The notes: a model not told the origin generated them from the letters alone. A stretch of 64,000 nt of DNA from Octopus vulgaris (GCA_951406725.2 OX597818.1:12710001-12774000); one strand, 5' to 3'; counted from the stretch's first letter, positions 38,084 through 53,211 are shown. Translations and numbers: made by a program.

Positions 38084-41000
38084 TGTACGTGTGTGTGTGT
38101 CGGTGTGTGTATAAGTTTGCTCTAAACAATATAGACGTAGAGTATATTAGAATTACTTTGGAGGAGTACTTGAAGAATATTAATATGAAAAGGACTCCAC
38201 ACCAAACATCCGGTCTTAATGACTAGTCTGAAATGCATGCATCTCTCAATCTGTGTAGGGACGGCTTCGAACTGACTTGGTGTGCTTACACCTATTTGTC
38301 TACAGCGAGAATTCTTCTCCATGACAAAGTACAGTACATGGCTTTCTCACAGCCTCGAATATGTATGAAGCACATTCGAACTGATACCAAGTTTATATTT
38401 GTATACATCACTGCTTAGCGCTTCTAGTCTGTAAAATAAAAGACTTACAGTTGTTCACTCAAGGAAACTAAATAAACATACCCGAACTTATTCACGCCCA
38501 GAATAGTAAAACCTAGTAAGGTGACAGAAGGTAGGAAGGTCATGTTTTACTCTTGTGGTAGCACCAACCGGCACAAGGTGTTGAGTCCTATAACAAAACT
38601 CAGCTCCTTTATTACCTCCATTACAAATACTTCTCCCTCTATTTTATAATACACACAGTGGCCCTCACAATATCATGTAGAAAAATGTGTGGTCTGAAGA
38701 TATCTTGGAAATAAGATTACTTACTCAATGATCTTACATCACTAGATATGAGTGACAAAAAGACAGACATCGTGGTAGCATTATCCTACTTACTAGGGGC
38801 AAGGGATGAGATTCGTATTACACATTAAATTATGTACTGTTATCTCATGACACAAAGGAATATAAAACCATTCAAAACCTTCTCAGGCAATACTGCCGGA
38901 CGGACACCGATGTATTTCCCGAATATGCCAGTGTAGACTTTGAATAATCGCAAGGGATCATTCAAATCGTACCTAACTAAGATATTCGTTATGGTATCAT
39001 AGTGCTAATTTAGGGTGCTAGCCTTATTAGGCTGTCCGATCTATATCCCAATACATCGGAAAATGTGTGCATTGATATAATTTTGCAGCGCGATTATTTC
39101 GGGCTGAGCGCCACCGAGAGAAATGCCGAAATTAAATACCCAACTTGCGTCTAGTATTGTCTTCTGAGTGAAACATCCAGGGGCGGAAATCTTGCAGAAG
39201 CCCACCAGTCCGTGTGTGTTCGCATACCCAGACACACACAAACACACATCACACAACCGTTACAAACACGACGAATGTTTGATTGTATGATAAACGCTGA
39301 AGAACGTGTTCATTGAACTAACCTCTGAGTCACTGAACATTCCACTGCCATGATAATTTGGCGTACTGGAGAGTGATTTCAGAGCACAAAAGAGTATTTT
39401 AAAATGGAAATACTGACAATTTTTACAACGTTCTATACAGATTCCGGGAATGCTATTTCAGTTACAAGCATCGGCTACACACGAGGCTATACACACACAC
39501 ATACACACACACACACACACGCACACACACACACACACACAAACACACATATGTATACATAGGCGCATACATACACACACACATGATATATGTATATATG
39601 TTTGTATGTATGTACGCATATATATATGTGTTTGTATGTGTGTGCGTTTGTGCGTGCGTGTGTGTGTGTGTGTATCCTCCTTTAGCAAAGATCACACAAC
39701 TTTTGCAGACTAATTCTAATATCGAGCTGTGTGTCATCTTTGAGGGCGCGGATGAGCTGCTTACTTTAGAAAGATTATCAGACTTACTTCTGTTGGAGAA
39801 CATAGGATTATCTAATATCCGATTGTTTCACCGCATGTATAAATATTTTTTCGGATTTAATGAATGAAGCTCAAGTAAAGTAAACCAGATTTACTTATAT
39901 GAGATAAATCTCAACGTGGTTGTTAGATTGAAAAGGGAAATAAAGACATATACCATAAAAATTGTAATTGGGATCGAAAATAACATAAGTAGGCGTATAA
40001 ATAATAATAGAAAGAAATCTTTCATGTACACCACAGATTTACAATGGAATACTTCCTAATTAATTAAAATGATACCTATAATTCATTAATAGACTTCGTT
40101 CAAACCAAACATCAATATCGAGAGCTGAGTAGCATTGATAACTGTAATTAGTCTAAGGATTAATTACTTCATGCAAAGAAATCCCTTTATTTTTTTAAAT
40201 AGAAATAACCTGTGTGACTTATATATGATTTGTTTAATCAACGAGCGATGTCATTTTCTTTTCTACTTGCGAGAAATAGATGTGTTTAAACTAATCCGTA
40301 AGTAGAAATTAAATATCTTTTGTCCTTCAAATTATTCAAATTATTCAAACCGGTCAATAACGTGTGAAAATGTTGTTCGGTTTTAGGAACGGAGTTCGAG
40401 AGATTTGTCCATGGATCAACCCTCGGGATCATATGTGCTTATATATTTGTGTGTATAAATAGTACTTGTGTCTGTGTGCATTTTTTGTACGTGTACCAGA
40501 TTTTCATATAATGTGCAGTTAAGTCGATCGTGTTGATGCTCATAAGTACACGCCTGTATGCAAGATGTGTTATAATACCTGATCACACTATGTCGTCCGT
40601 AAACAAGATCAGCACACAACTAGAGTCTTTACATTTGTTTCAAATGTTAAGCCTCACTATAATCGAGAATCACCACTGGGGAAACCTAATTCTTTTCATA
40701 TATAGAAACGCATCCGAGAGAATGGCGTGTACTTTCTGGACTAGAATATATTTCAGCACAAAAAATATACTGGCATTTTATAAAATTTTGGTAAAGCCAA
40801 GACTGTGATTTCCGGTCACATCTGAGAAAGTGATCTTACTGCATACACACACATTGCTGGTCATCTATCACATTACAAATAGATGAATCACTCTGCTGAT
40901 TGTAAGATATTCCATCTCAGACACGTCTTAGCGCTTGCCCATAGCAAGCAGTCTTCTATATATTCTATCGCTTCTTAAATGGTGTCTGTTCCCCGGAGTT

Positions 41001-42048
41001 GCCTGGCTTCGTGACTCTTCCACTCAGGCATACACAATTCATTCGCCGCTCCTATATTTATAATAGATGTTCCCAATCTTAGAAGCCACAAATTTGCCAC
41101 TATATCCATTCTTACCTCTCCGGAAGAAATACTTCTCGAACTAACGCTTCATATTCCGAATTGAAGGGATTAATGCTATCCAGGTAAATTCCCCAGTCAA
41201 CTCCTGACGTAAACGCCTTGCAAATGGAAGTTAGCCAGGCTTTTACGTGGAAGATTAATGCTATCAATTACTAATTATTCATCATCTTTAGAGGCCCTGT
41301 TTAAGTCATTAGCTTTGCTTCTGCCTATTCATCCTGGGCCACCAAGTAAAAACATATCAACAGGATTGTGGTTGGCAAGTCCAGGTTAACCACGGTTTAA
41401 ACAAAAACAACAAAACTTCCCTTAAATAATAATGCTATTTAAAGCTACGTTTTGCATTTAAATCTTTCTGAGATTACTCATTGTTTTCCATTATTCCTTT
41501 GTCGATAAAATAAATACCAGTTCATCGTAGAAATCGATTTAATCAACTGCTTCATTTCTCAAACCATTTACGTTGGAAATTTATATTACATAAACTAAAC
41601 AAAAATAATAACAGTAAGTTTCCAAATAGAACAATAAATATGCAGTGAAGTCATCTGCGAAGAAGCAATTGGGGGATTATTCATAGTTTTACGTGTCTGG
41701 TTGTGCTCATACGCGCTGTGAGTGTGTATTTATGCGTGAGTTCTGATGACAAAGATTACATATAAACAAGAACAAAAACTAAAGAACTAGTAAGAGATAG
41801 ATTGATTGAAATGCAACAGTGTATAACAGTGTCTGTGTCACTTCTGAATGTTTATACACACACGTACACATACATACTTATATATATATATATATATATA
41901 AATGCGTATTTATGCATGAATACATATTCACATATCAATGTGTATATATATATTTATGTATATATATATATATATATATGTATAGATATTCCTGTATATA
42001 TGTATATATACATATATATATATACATATATATGTATATATATATATG

Positions 42049-42126
<78 letters not shown>

Positions 42127-42357
42127 GGTAAAACATAGATGGGTGCGCGCGTTACATAAATGATGTCTTCAGGACTAAATAAAAAGACAACACACGGAAG
42201 ATATGAGATACCTATATATATAATTAACAAAAAACGTGTAGTAAATAATCAAAGGAAAATATACTAAATAGACAGGCGGACAGAAAACACAGAAGGTGAT
42301 CAATTCTTCATCAGTTCTCGGCTAGGGCCCCGAAAAATTTCAGCAATTATCTGTCTG

Positions 42358-42430
<73 letters not shown>

Positions 42431-42449
42431 ACATACATACATACATACA

Positions 42450-42777
<328 letters not shown>

Positions 42778-42911
42778 ATATATATATATATATTTATATA
42801 TGTGTTTGTCCTGTACTCTGTTTTTCCGTCGTTTAAAAATAGTCCGTTTCCTTGTTTGATTTTATGTTTTCGTCTCTCGTTGTGTTCTACGTTTATTAAT
42901 GGTGTCCTGTA

Positions 42912-42971
<60 letters not shown>

Positions 42972-43346
42972 TGTATATATACATGTAGATGTAAGTATGT
43001 ACATATATGTATGTATATATGCATATATTTTATTTATTTATCATATTATTATATGACCGAACGCACGCGTTATTTCTCTTCTCCAAGTTTTTATATATAT
43101 ATATATAAATATATATATTCTAACTTACAAAAACCACACGCATATATGATATTATATCATGTTGCCTGTTCCAGTCATCGACACATAATCTTATGTTGCA
43201 AAAGAGAAACTGATCTGTCTGATTGTTAGTCTCAACATCCATTAGAGAGTGGGAAGAACGGGAGAAATCAAAAGGGGAGATAACCCATGGCACAACGTTT
43301 ATTTAGAAAAGGGGAGCGAAAAAAAGTCGTTGCTGTGTGGATACAG

Positions 43347-43406
43347 CGAGACAGAAAGAAAGAGAGAAAGAGAGAGAGAGAGAAAGAGAGAGAGCGAGAG
43401 AGAAAG

Positions 43407-43443
<37 letters not shown>
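43347..43443. repeat. (GA)n microsatellite
   Basis: Direct read. Confidence 0.95.
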
Positions 43444-43950
43444 GCGGAAGTGACAGAAAAGGAGAGAGATATTCTGAAAGATAGACTTAAAATTAGACTC
43501 AAGCAAAAAAAACAGATTACTGTTGAGCATATCAATGTGATTTATGTGTATGTATCAATATGCACGCTTTTACATAAGGTTAATGCACGCGTGAAATATA
43601 TTGTTATATGAAACAGTGTATACACGTACATATATATATATATATGTGAGAATGTGTGTGTGTGCAAATTATAGGATTCAAGCGAATCCGGTACTGATAT
43701 GGTAAAGCACCATGCTCGGGTCGGTGATATACTGTACAAACAATATTTGAAGACAAAGACGTATTTACTAATGTAAATACAGCTTTATACTCTGGTTGTG
43801 CGTACAGCTATATATGGCCGGCTGAAGATACAGCGTATCCTCAAAGTCGCACATGGTTGCAAACATTGAACCCATTGTACTGCACGCAGTAAACTCCAGA
43901 TCCAAGCAAATTGCAGGTTCCGAGTTAGGTAAGTGGTAAACAAATAACAA

Positions 43951-44333
43951 CTGGCTGCGTGATAAGAAGCTTGCTTCCCAATCACATGTTTCTGGTTTCA
44001 GTCTCACTTTATTGCACTTTCAGCTAGTGTCTTTTACTATAGCAAGCCAAAGCTACATTAGTAGTTTTGGTAGACGTAAACTGAATGATACCCGTCATAT
44101 TTATATATATATATATATCTGTAGGTGTGTGTCTTTATGACTTTGTTCGTAACCCATTACCGCTTGACAACTGGTGTTATGTGTCTGTAATAAAGCGGTT
44201 CGGTAAAAGTGTCCGATAAAATAAGTGCTAGGCTTAACTAAAATAAACCATGCAGTTGATTTTTCGATTTCAAGGCTGAGCTCCGGCATGGATTCAGTCG
44301 GATGCCTGAAACAAGTAAATGAATAAAAGAATA
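43951..44333 (+). mobile_element. SINE family A, old diverged copy
   Basis: TGGCTGCGTGATAAGAAGCTTGCTTCCCAATCAC head through CTGAAACAAGTAAATGAATAAAAGAATA tail. Confidence 0.75.
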
Positions 44334-44677
44334 TCAGTGCCTATGTATATCAGTGCCTATGTTAATTTCTTGTACATGTGTTAGGAACTGCGTGAGACTA
44401 TAGACTGGCATAGAATGTAATACGGCTGTTTTAGATGCGAAGTGCGCAAGAATGTAAATATGCATGTGAGAATGTATGGCTGTGTGTAGCAATGTTCGTT
44501 CTTGTGACTCTTCGTCCGTCAAAATTTCTCTGCACCTATGAATGATTATACACATGTATGTTTGGATGTTATAACGGAATTTTATTAGTCCTTTCCTTGT
44601 ACCGACCTAGTTATATTGAAGCTGCCGACACATTGTCTTAGAATTGCCGATATCTTTTATAATCTACTAATTGAATA

Positions 44678-44709
44678 AATCTCTGATGAGAAGTCGAAAT
44701 ATTAGAAAT
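44678..44709 (+). ncRNA. Ultra-minimal hammerhead-like motif with canonical core
   Basis: TCT-CTGATGA-G(AAGT)C-GAA-ATAT-T-AGA. All core nucleotides are present, but the stems are very short. Confidence 0.3.
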
Positions 44710-45149
44710 GATGCAGTGGGGTGGAGTGGACGGCCAAACTAATGTTGACGTTTTATTAGATCGTAACCGGTAACATAAAATTTTTAAAACCGGTAGTTCT
44801 ATCACTCAAACAAAAAAAGAGAAAAAAGTTGGGAACAACTAGAAACGGAAAGTAAAATGAATTTAATATGGGAATATGATAGGCGAAAGAATAGAAAATA
44901 TGGAAATATAGCTGAGTAAAGGAAATGAACGAATTCTTATTTATTCTATGATAGTTTAATCAAATGCAGTAAGGATAACTGATGAGAGACGTCGGTGGAA
45001 CTAACTGCTCAAATGATATATTTACTGTTGGATAAGATTTCTTTACACGGGCAAAAAGCACGAGATTTTTCTTTGAGAAATATATAAAAATTAACTTAAC
45101 ACATTCACATACTGTCTCAGACATGTATTAATGGCAGCATTAAGCTATT

Positions 45150-45620
45150 AGCTCTGCTTCTTCCTATTCATTCTGCATTAATGGCAGCTTATGTGCAACG
45201 AATCTGTACTGCAACGTCAGTTCACTAACTTGCATTTGGAAAGCTTGAGATGAGGAGAATGGTGTATATAACTGAAGGGATAGACTTGGGACACGGCGGA
45301 AAGTGTCGAGCGCCGAGCTTCTGTAAAGAAAGACTGGGCTTAGCGGGAATGCAACAGACAAGGTAGCATAAACTCAGCCTATCCTAAAGAGTAGATTACA
45401 TTAAAGTAATGTTAGAAAAGACAGAAAAGGGAGACAGCGTACCTGTGGTCCGGTGACCGGGGATTTTTGTGATTGACTTCTGCCACTCAGACTTTCTGGG
45501 CACTTTTCCTGATGTTTATATGGAAGGTACCCAGATAAGACCTGTACTCCATTCTATGTCACATCACAGCGTCGTAGAAAAATCCGTAATTATTGGAGCT
45601 TAAAGTTTCTTGAAAAGTAT
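45150..45620 (-). mobile_element. Possible CR1/L2-like LINE 3' relic
   Basis: RMEYRSYLG/WVPS (PxLEYxSxxWxP-like) and RFVAHKLPLMQNE (FFxxRxxxxWN-like). Heavily decayed. Confidence 0.3.
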
Positions 45621-46186
45621 GTCCAGCCATTTTGCACGGCCGTAGCTATATTAAATATGCCATTTCACTTGTCAAAATCTCCAGTGTTAGTTAGACCTAG
45701 CAATGATAGTTATTTTGAGATCTATTTGATTGCCGCTTATGATTTAGAAATTTTGCTGATATCACTTTTAGTGATAGGAGTATAATTTTCTTCTGCGTGC
45801 GTGTTTTTAGCTGTTGATAGAGTCAGTTACAAAATCTTTTAATTAGAAGGTGCCTTCAGCATCTCTCATTATGAAATTTGAGTGAGTTTGGCGTAATTAC
45901 AAGTTGATGATGCATGTTTCAGGAATATCATGCATGCATGAAATCTAATGTGCCAGTGAAGGGATTTGGGAGGATGAATACGGAACCGGTTGGGGTGTCT
46001 GATTAAGTGCAACAATTGTAGAACTTGAAGAGAAGTAAGTAGCAAATGTGGAAGTCTTCCTTGAAATACAGAATCATATGCACATATATATACCTGTATA
46101 GTTTATGTAAATATACGTATGCATATATGCATATATGCATATATATATATATTATTTATCTTATATATATATATGTGCGTGTGTGA

Positions 46187-46279
<93 letters not shown>

Positions 46280-46532
46280 TACACGTACGCATGCGTACAC
46301 ACGCACATACACATATAAGAGGAGAGACAGTAGATAGACAGGTATACAGGCAAATACTTCAATCAGCACTCCTTGCAAACTGACCTGCTAGCAGACTGTC
46401 AAGGACGAACATCAGAATACGCATGTATTTAATGCACAGGTCATTCTATACTAACTGATTATCTAAGGAGATTTTCCAGTCAATCGGTTGCTGCATTTAT
46501 TCAATAGTAAAATAGTAATGACCTAGCGGGAC

Positions 46533-46969
46533 ACTCTTTACTCTTTTTACTCTTTTACTCTTTTACTCTTTTACTTGTTTCAGTCATTTGACTGCGGCCA
46601 TGCTGGAACACCGCCTTTAGTCGAGCAAATCGACCCCAGAACTTATTCTTTGTAAGCCCAGTACTTATTCTATCGGTCTCTTTTTGCCGAACCGCTAAGT
46701 GACGGGGACGTAAACACACCAGCATCGGTTGTCAAGCAATGCTAAGGGGACAAACACAGACACACAAACACATATACACACACACATATATATATATATA
46801 TACATATATACGACAGGCTTCTTTCAGTTTCCGTCTACCAAATCCACTCACAAGGCATTGGTCGTCCCGGGGCTATAGCAGAAGACACTTGCCCAAGATG
46901 CCACGCAGTGGGACTGAATCCGGAACCCTGTGGTTGGTTAGCAAGCTACTTACCACACAGCCACTCCTG
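46533..46969 (-). mobile_element. tRNA-derived SINE family A, full length
   Basis: Sense head CAGGAGTGGCTGTGTGGTAAGTAGC...GATTCAGTCCC, CORE-like CTTGGGCAAGTG, and an 8-nt tandem tail (AGTAAAAG)n. Confidence 0.9.
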
Positions 46970-49039
46970 TGTGTCGTTATGCAACCATAATATACTACAG
47001 CATATATTACACGTTTTCATAAGTCAGTCTGCGTCCTTCTGTGTTAGCAGTGCTATTGCGTCAGTTGTTACGGTTATCGCTACATATTTTCTATAGAAAT
47101 TATAACCAGCACTACTATTGTTATACGCCCACTACCCATTTTTCGTCTTCGAACTCATTGTTATGTTAGTCAGGCGTTGCGGATGCGACACGTCATAAGA
47201 AAATCACAACTGCGTTTAATTTCTATAGAAAATCTGTAGAGAGAGGCTTAGCGAGTATAATAGCAAAGAGTCGATGGAATAACACATATTAAAGAGCAGG
47301 ATCGTTTCCACAGGAAATTGAAAGATTTCATCAGTTTAGCCATTGGTTTGTTCTTATAAAGATATTATGAAATTCCATGAGGTAATTAATTAATAAATTA
47401 GCGAGGTTATTCCTTCATGTAATGTGGTTGCTGGAAACGACGTAATTGAACTTTCACCTTGCAGTATTTTCAACACTAACACACCACTGCTGAAATAAGG
47501 GTTAATTGAATGTTGACCGGCCTGTTTGGGCTGGAAAGCTTTTGTCAAGCTTTGATCATCCGTCGCCCTTTTTGTCAGAGAAGCCCAAGTATTTCTTTCT
47601 CTCTGTTGCTTCTAATTCTTGTTAGTGTTGTAGCTACACTGACAATGGTGCTCACCTATAACAGATGAGGATTATTTGAATATATATCTGCAGGATTTGG
47701 CCAAAACTATTAGGAAGTCTTTTATGGTAGTGGGGTCATACTGGATTTCTGTGAGACTCTAAAATCGACCATAAATGCACTGTGTCTTCATCCGCCCTCT
47801 GCTACTTTATTTCAGAGACCCCAGATGAACGAAAGACGATAATAGCCTCAGTTGGCTTTAAGCATTGAATGTATACAACTGGTACAAATACAGCAATGCA
47901 GTGGGCCCAACGCGCTATTGACTATGACAATCAACCACCATAATTTAAAAAATATCAATGATAGCAAAAATAACGTTTATTCTTTTCATAAAAACTCACA
48001 CTATTGATAAACAGATTTCATGATTTCAGCAACCAAGTGTAGCCTACTTCACCTACACCGCATCATCTCCTTTATCATGATAGTATTTGTTTTAATCTCT
48101 CTTACGTTAATCATCAGATCAAGTAGGATAACTTTCCCAATTGGAATTACTGTAAGTTCGAAGTACTCTGTGAAATGGTATCCCTCTTCCAGAGGAGTAT
48201 CTAGCTGATGGTTTACATCAACATTATTAGATTCAGATCTATATGACCTGTCTTAGAGTAAGCTGACTTTCGTATTCAGGGCTATCATCGCGTTCTTGTA
48301 CTGTTGGCAATAGGAATGAGGTAATGCAGTAATTTTGCTCTAAGCTCAGAATAGCAGCCCTTGACGCTCTGTAAAGAGCGGCAACATCTTTTATAACCTT
48401 CCCATTTGTGGCCTGCACTTGTTCGTATTAACGTCTGCACTACAGCTTTTCGCCGTTCTTTCTTTCTACCTGCTATTCGACAGATGGGCTTACGTAGGTT
48501 TTATTAGCACACATGTAGTAAATAAACATTCCGCTCTGCATCGTCCGTCTTATTCACTTATTGTTTCTGGCATAGATTTTCCATCTTCGAGGTCATCAAC
48601 ACTTGCAGGTCCAAGCAGGTCCTACCTCACAATATGTTATTGCACTTCACTTTCTCGTTCAGCACTTTTTTTGTACAAAACGCAAAACAAAACAAAATAA
48701 AACAAAAGATTGCCGATCGTCAGCGCTTATGAGAATATCTTTGGATATTATTCTCATGTCGTTAACGACCTTTCACTTAAACAAGCTGTCACAATTTGCA
48801 TCAGTGCTTATTGGATTAACAAGAAACGGCATGCTGCACTACAGTGGACAGCCTTTTTTCTGGCTCCAATAAAAATGTTTTCTATATTATTTAATGGGAT
48901 CTACGGGTGAAGACGTTATAGATACACCTTTGCTTAACAGTAACCACACCTTTTAGAAGGAATTTAAGGTAGGTGAGAAAGGGAACAAGGAATGAAACGA
49001 AACGGGAAATGTTGAAGTGTTGAAAGGGGAAATACGAAA

Positions 49040-49095
<56 letters not shown>

Positions 49096-49269
49096 CTATA
49101 TTATTAAAAAGAGTGAGAAGGCGGAGAAGTTCTATATGATTTTGCATTTGTGTGATAAAAATGCTGGCACAATCGAAATGTTTAACATAATAAAAGAATT
49201 TCATGAAGACATTGATATATTTATAGACCAGTTAAATTAAAGGGAAACAACAATAGCTTTGGAAGTTAC

Positions 49270-49990
49270 GCTTATCCTTTACGTGTTCGAATACAAAACA
49301 TGTAATTCTGTTATCAATTCTCCACTTCACATAATTTGTCCTGAATGCTTGTTTTTGTGCAGCTCATATAAATACTTTTGTATCTGTCTCCAAGACACTC
49401 CTCCGCATCCATAATCACCGACATTCTCCTTTCGATGCCATTTCATTTTCCATGCATGTTTCTTTAAATTTCTCTTTCTCAACAGGATTATCAGTATTTT
49501 AGTACCGGACTTCTTTACATGCCTCAACATTGATTTCAGTTTTTTTACATATGCCACAAACGGTTTACCTCTAACTAAATGCAATCCTGACAATTGATCA
49601 AAATCCATCTCACTTTTTCTTCCGGACATTTACAATATTGATTATGGATATCACACTTGTGATTAAATGCTCCGTTGCAATGTCAACAATTTCTGCCACT
49701 TTGTGTCCATACAGATGAATAATTCTTTTGCTAGCTTATGATTCCAAATTCATATTTAGTGATGATATTTATTACTTGGAATTTATTCCTTCCTGGTTAT
49801 TTTGAGCGCAAAGACTGCCATAGTCTTCAGAAATACACTTCAGTTGTTCTTTCATTTCCTTCCCCATGATTTCATTGAACTCTAGAATGTTAAGTGACTT
49901 ATATCCTTCCTTTTCGAATTTGTTTCATTGCCCTTTTATTTGGTGCCATGGTGCCATGGACTGTACCTTGCTTTTACAGACTTATTACAT
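49270..49990 (-). mobile_element. Possible hAT(m)-like transposase N-terminal relic
   Basis: Minus strand ..DIATEH..HKCDIHNQYCKCPEEKV..DFDQ resembles LFDIA..KC...CxC..EKV...DQ. Frameshifted. Confidence 0.3.
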
Positions 49991-50209
49991 CACACTTCTT
50001 GTGCTAGAATTCCGTCTTAGCATCAGTACTATAACAGTGAACAGTGTTCGCCAAGACACTCCTTTGTACTCCATCCTTGACATAGAGCTTCAAATCAATC
50101 ATCATGCCTTTGTTCCGAACGAGATATAAAGCAATAGCAACAAAACTGAAGGGAACCCGTAACTTGAGAACAAACATCACAGCCCTGCACCTTGCCAATG
50201 TCATAGCAT

Positions 50210-50392
50210 AGAGTAAAGCATCGTTTCCGCGACGGTCAGTATGATTACCTGCATTTGCATTTTTGCGTTCTGAGTTTAAATTCCGCGAGGTCGATGTTGC
50301 TTTTCATTCTTTAGGGGTTGATAGAATAAGTAGCGGTTGAGTCCATTGGTCAATGTAATCGACTAGTATCTCGCAAAAGTTTCAGGCTTTCG
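50210..50392 (+). mobile_element. SINE family B copy
   Basis: GTTCTGAGTTTAAATTCCGCGAGGTCGATGTTGCTTTTCATTCTTTAGGGGTTGAT core. Confidence 0.75.
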
Positions 50393-50808
50393 ACCCAAAC
50401 TAGCGGTGACTTCTTTTATAAAGCACCATACAAGTGAAAACTAGATTAATATTACAAGCTTTCGCAATATTTTCGTTGAATTAATGAATGGCAAGATAAG
50501 AGATTAATATATAACTGTCCCCAGAACAGAAGGTGTGGTAAGTGTCATATTTCTCCTTGTAGCAGGTCTTTGAATAAAGGTAAACTTAATTGTTTTGGAA
50601 AATGAAATCATACATTGGAAGAGAAACACAGGGCGGTGAAGCGATAGAAATCAAATCAAATAATCTTGATGGATAAACTGAATAACTAAATAAATGAATG
50701 AAGCATAAATTAAGAGATTTCAGTAAACTGCTCTGACACTATTTTTGTATAGAAATAGTCTGTATATGTATGCGTGCGCGCATGTGTGTGTGTATACTTA
50801 TATATATG

Positions 50809-50858
<50 letters not shown>

Positions 50859-52050
50859 CACATACATATATACATATATGCATATATACGTATACATACA
50901 TACATATACTTGATACATATAGGTGTGTGTGTTTGTATATATATACATATATAATGAGATTGAGTAGAAATACAATATTCAGAAGAGTATTTGGTCAGAA
51001 AGGAAGCCGTAAAAGTCCTGCCTGTATTGCGTCAAAATTGGAAGATCACATCGGAAACGTTAAATCTAAAACAATTTCTTAGAGATTATTGTCAAAGGGA
51101 AAATCAGAACATACTGCAATGATTAGAAACACACCGCTGATGTAAATATTTATGTATCATGAAAACACGAACAAAGAAAACTATTCACAAACGCCTATGT
51201 ACATATAAACATAGACATACACGCGCTCCTGCCATATACAAACATTTGTTTTGACGAATATATTTAATATCTGGGAATGTTTAAAAGGCTTCGTCGATGA
51301 AACTGATTTAAAACTAATCGACAAATAAAGATTTTTCCTATTAGCAATATTTTCTATTTTCTTTACGAAATTCAACCAATAAATTCGTGTAGGTCTCGTA
51401 ATTTATTTGTGGTTTATGCTATTACACATTTCAACAATGAACACTCTGTGTCCTCTTTCATTCCCGATTTAGTTTCTCAAGGTTTAGAGTATCTAGGGAT
51501 ACTACTATGCTGGCTTAGCTTATCAATGACTACAATGTTTCTTAGACTCTTCCATTTATTTCAGACTAGCAAATGCACCTATCCTTTGGATGGTTTAAGT
51601 TGCGAAAAGTTTTATCCGTGGCACGGCAATCTACGTTTCCGATTAATATAGGTTGACCGTGTTTTAGGAAATTTCTACAAGTACACCCGTACGCTTTTCC
51701 CAGAAAAAAAAAACACGATATTCGCGTGGAATCAACTTCCCTGACCTCCTACTTTTCCACAAATCCCTTATTTTGGTCGTTCGGAAAAAGAGAGGGCAGA
51801 ATTTTTTGAATTTTTTTTTCGTAGAATGAATTACTGTGAGCTCCTAATATGTCACGAAATCCATGTTTTTGTCCTGAAAACCATATTTTTGTCTGGAACC
51901 CTCGGAAATCCACCCCTCCGTTTTGACAAGAGTAGGAAAAAAGTACAGCATGCATGAATGAAATATATGATCGGAAAAATAATTTAATACTAAAAGCTTT
52001 AGATTTCAACAGGCGGGTTATGAAGGTATAAAAAGAAAACAGTATCAATA

Positions 52051-52169
52051 TTCATTCTTCTTCTTCTTCTTCTTCTTCTTCTTCTTCTTCTTCTTCTTCT
52101 TCTTCTTCTTCTTCTTCTTCTTCTTCTTCTTCTTCTTCTTCTTCTTCTTCTTCTTCTTCTTCTTCTTCT
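52051..52169. repeat. (TTC)n microsatellite
   Basis: Direct read. Confidence 0.95.
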
Positions 52170-52201
52170 CAAAAAACAATAAACCTCAGAGCTAATGATT
52201 A

Positions 52202-52223
52202 AGGGTTAGGGTTAGGGTTAGGG
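52202..52223 (+). repeat. Short interstitial telomeric repeat AGGG(TTAGGG)3
   Basis: Direct read. Confidence 0.9.
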
Positions 52224-52489
52224 TACACATTGCTGTTCAGGATAAACAAATATTAATAGTAATTACTGAGAATGTTTGGAAATGGTTTGATAGTGTTAAT
52301 TTAGTGAGTGCTGTAAGCTAGCAGGAAAATCATTAACGCTGGCATAAGTGTGTAGTAAAAATACATTCTGATATTAGTCAAGTTTGTGAATTTGAAGTGA
52401 TGGAAAGTTGCATGAACATGAGCTAAAGGCTATCAGATTGAATGATAACTACAGCATTTTATGAAATATCCCCATAGCAACTGGTCATA

Positions 52490-52790
52490 GCTTTGAAGCA
52501 ATGATACCAGATATCATCGTAGAGTTCAGAAACAACAGTGTAAGATCGTGGAATTTGCAATCGAGTGTGAGAGAAGTGCGGGTTTCATGGAAACAGAGAG
52601 AATTGAGGATTATCAGCACCAAGGCGGAGAGATGGAACGCAAAGATAAAATTGCCCCAGTAGTAATGGGTGCATTCGGCACAGCATCCAAACTGGAAGCT
52701 AAGTGTAACTGAGGCGCAATTGTAGGCTTGTAGAAATGTACCAGTCAGTATTCTGCACGAAATTTGAGAAAAATTCTGTGATTTGAAAGC
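52490..52790 (+). mobile_element. R4/Dong-type RLE 3' fragment
   Basis: EAMIPDIIV..KQQCKIVEFAI..IEDYQ..APVVMGAFGT, followed by GAT/AAT repeats. Confidence 0.55.
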
Positions 52791-52897
52791 TGTTGTCTCC
52801 AAAACCCACCAAGATATCTGTCATCTGATTTAAAACATTAATTTTCCACATAATGATGATGATGACGATAATGATTGCAACTACAGTAATAATAATC

Positions 52898-53116
52898 CTT
52901 TCAACTATACATATACGGACATGACCTGAAATTTTGGGGAAGGGGGTTGGTCGATTATATTGATCCCAGCACTCAAATGGTACTTACTTTAGAGATCCCG
53001 AATGGATGAAGTGTAAAGTCGACCTCAGCAGAATTTGAACTCAGAAAGTGAAGACTGACGAAATGCCGCTAAGCATTTCGGCCAGTGTGCTAACGATTCT
53101 TCCAGCTCGCCACCTT
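52898..53116 (-). mobile_element. SINE family B copy
   Basis: AAAGTCGACCTCAGCAGAATTTGAACTCAGAA...AACGATTCTTCCAGCTCGCCACCTT. Confidence 0.8.
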
Positions 53117-53124
53117 AAACAACA

Positions 53125-53195
<71 letters not shown>

Positions 53196-53211
53196 TAATA
53201 ATAATAATAAT

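Noticed and set aside
42296-42352. Minus-strand GAAA...CTGATGA (type II hammerhead order)
   Set aside because: Stems I and III could not be drawn convincingly.
43783-43929. Candidate exon (TACTAAT..AG acceptor, AG/GTAAGT donor)
   Set aside because: Stops in all three frames and no polypyrimidine tract.
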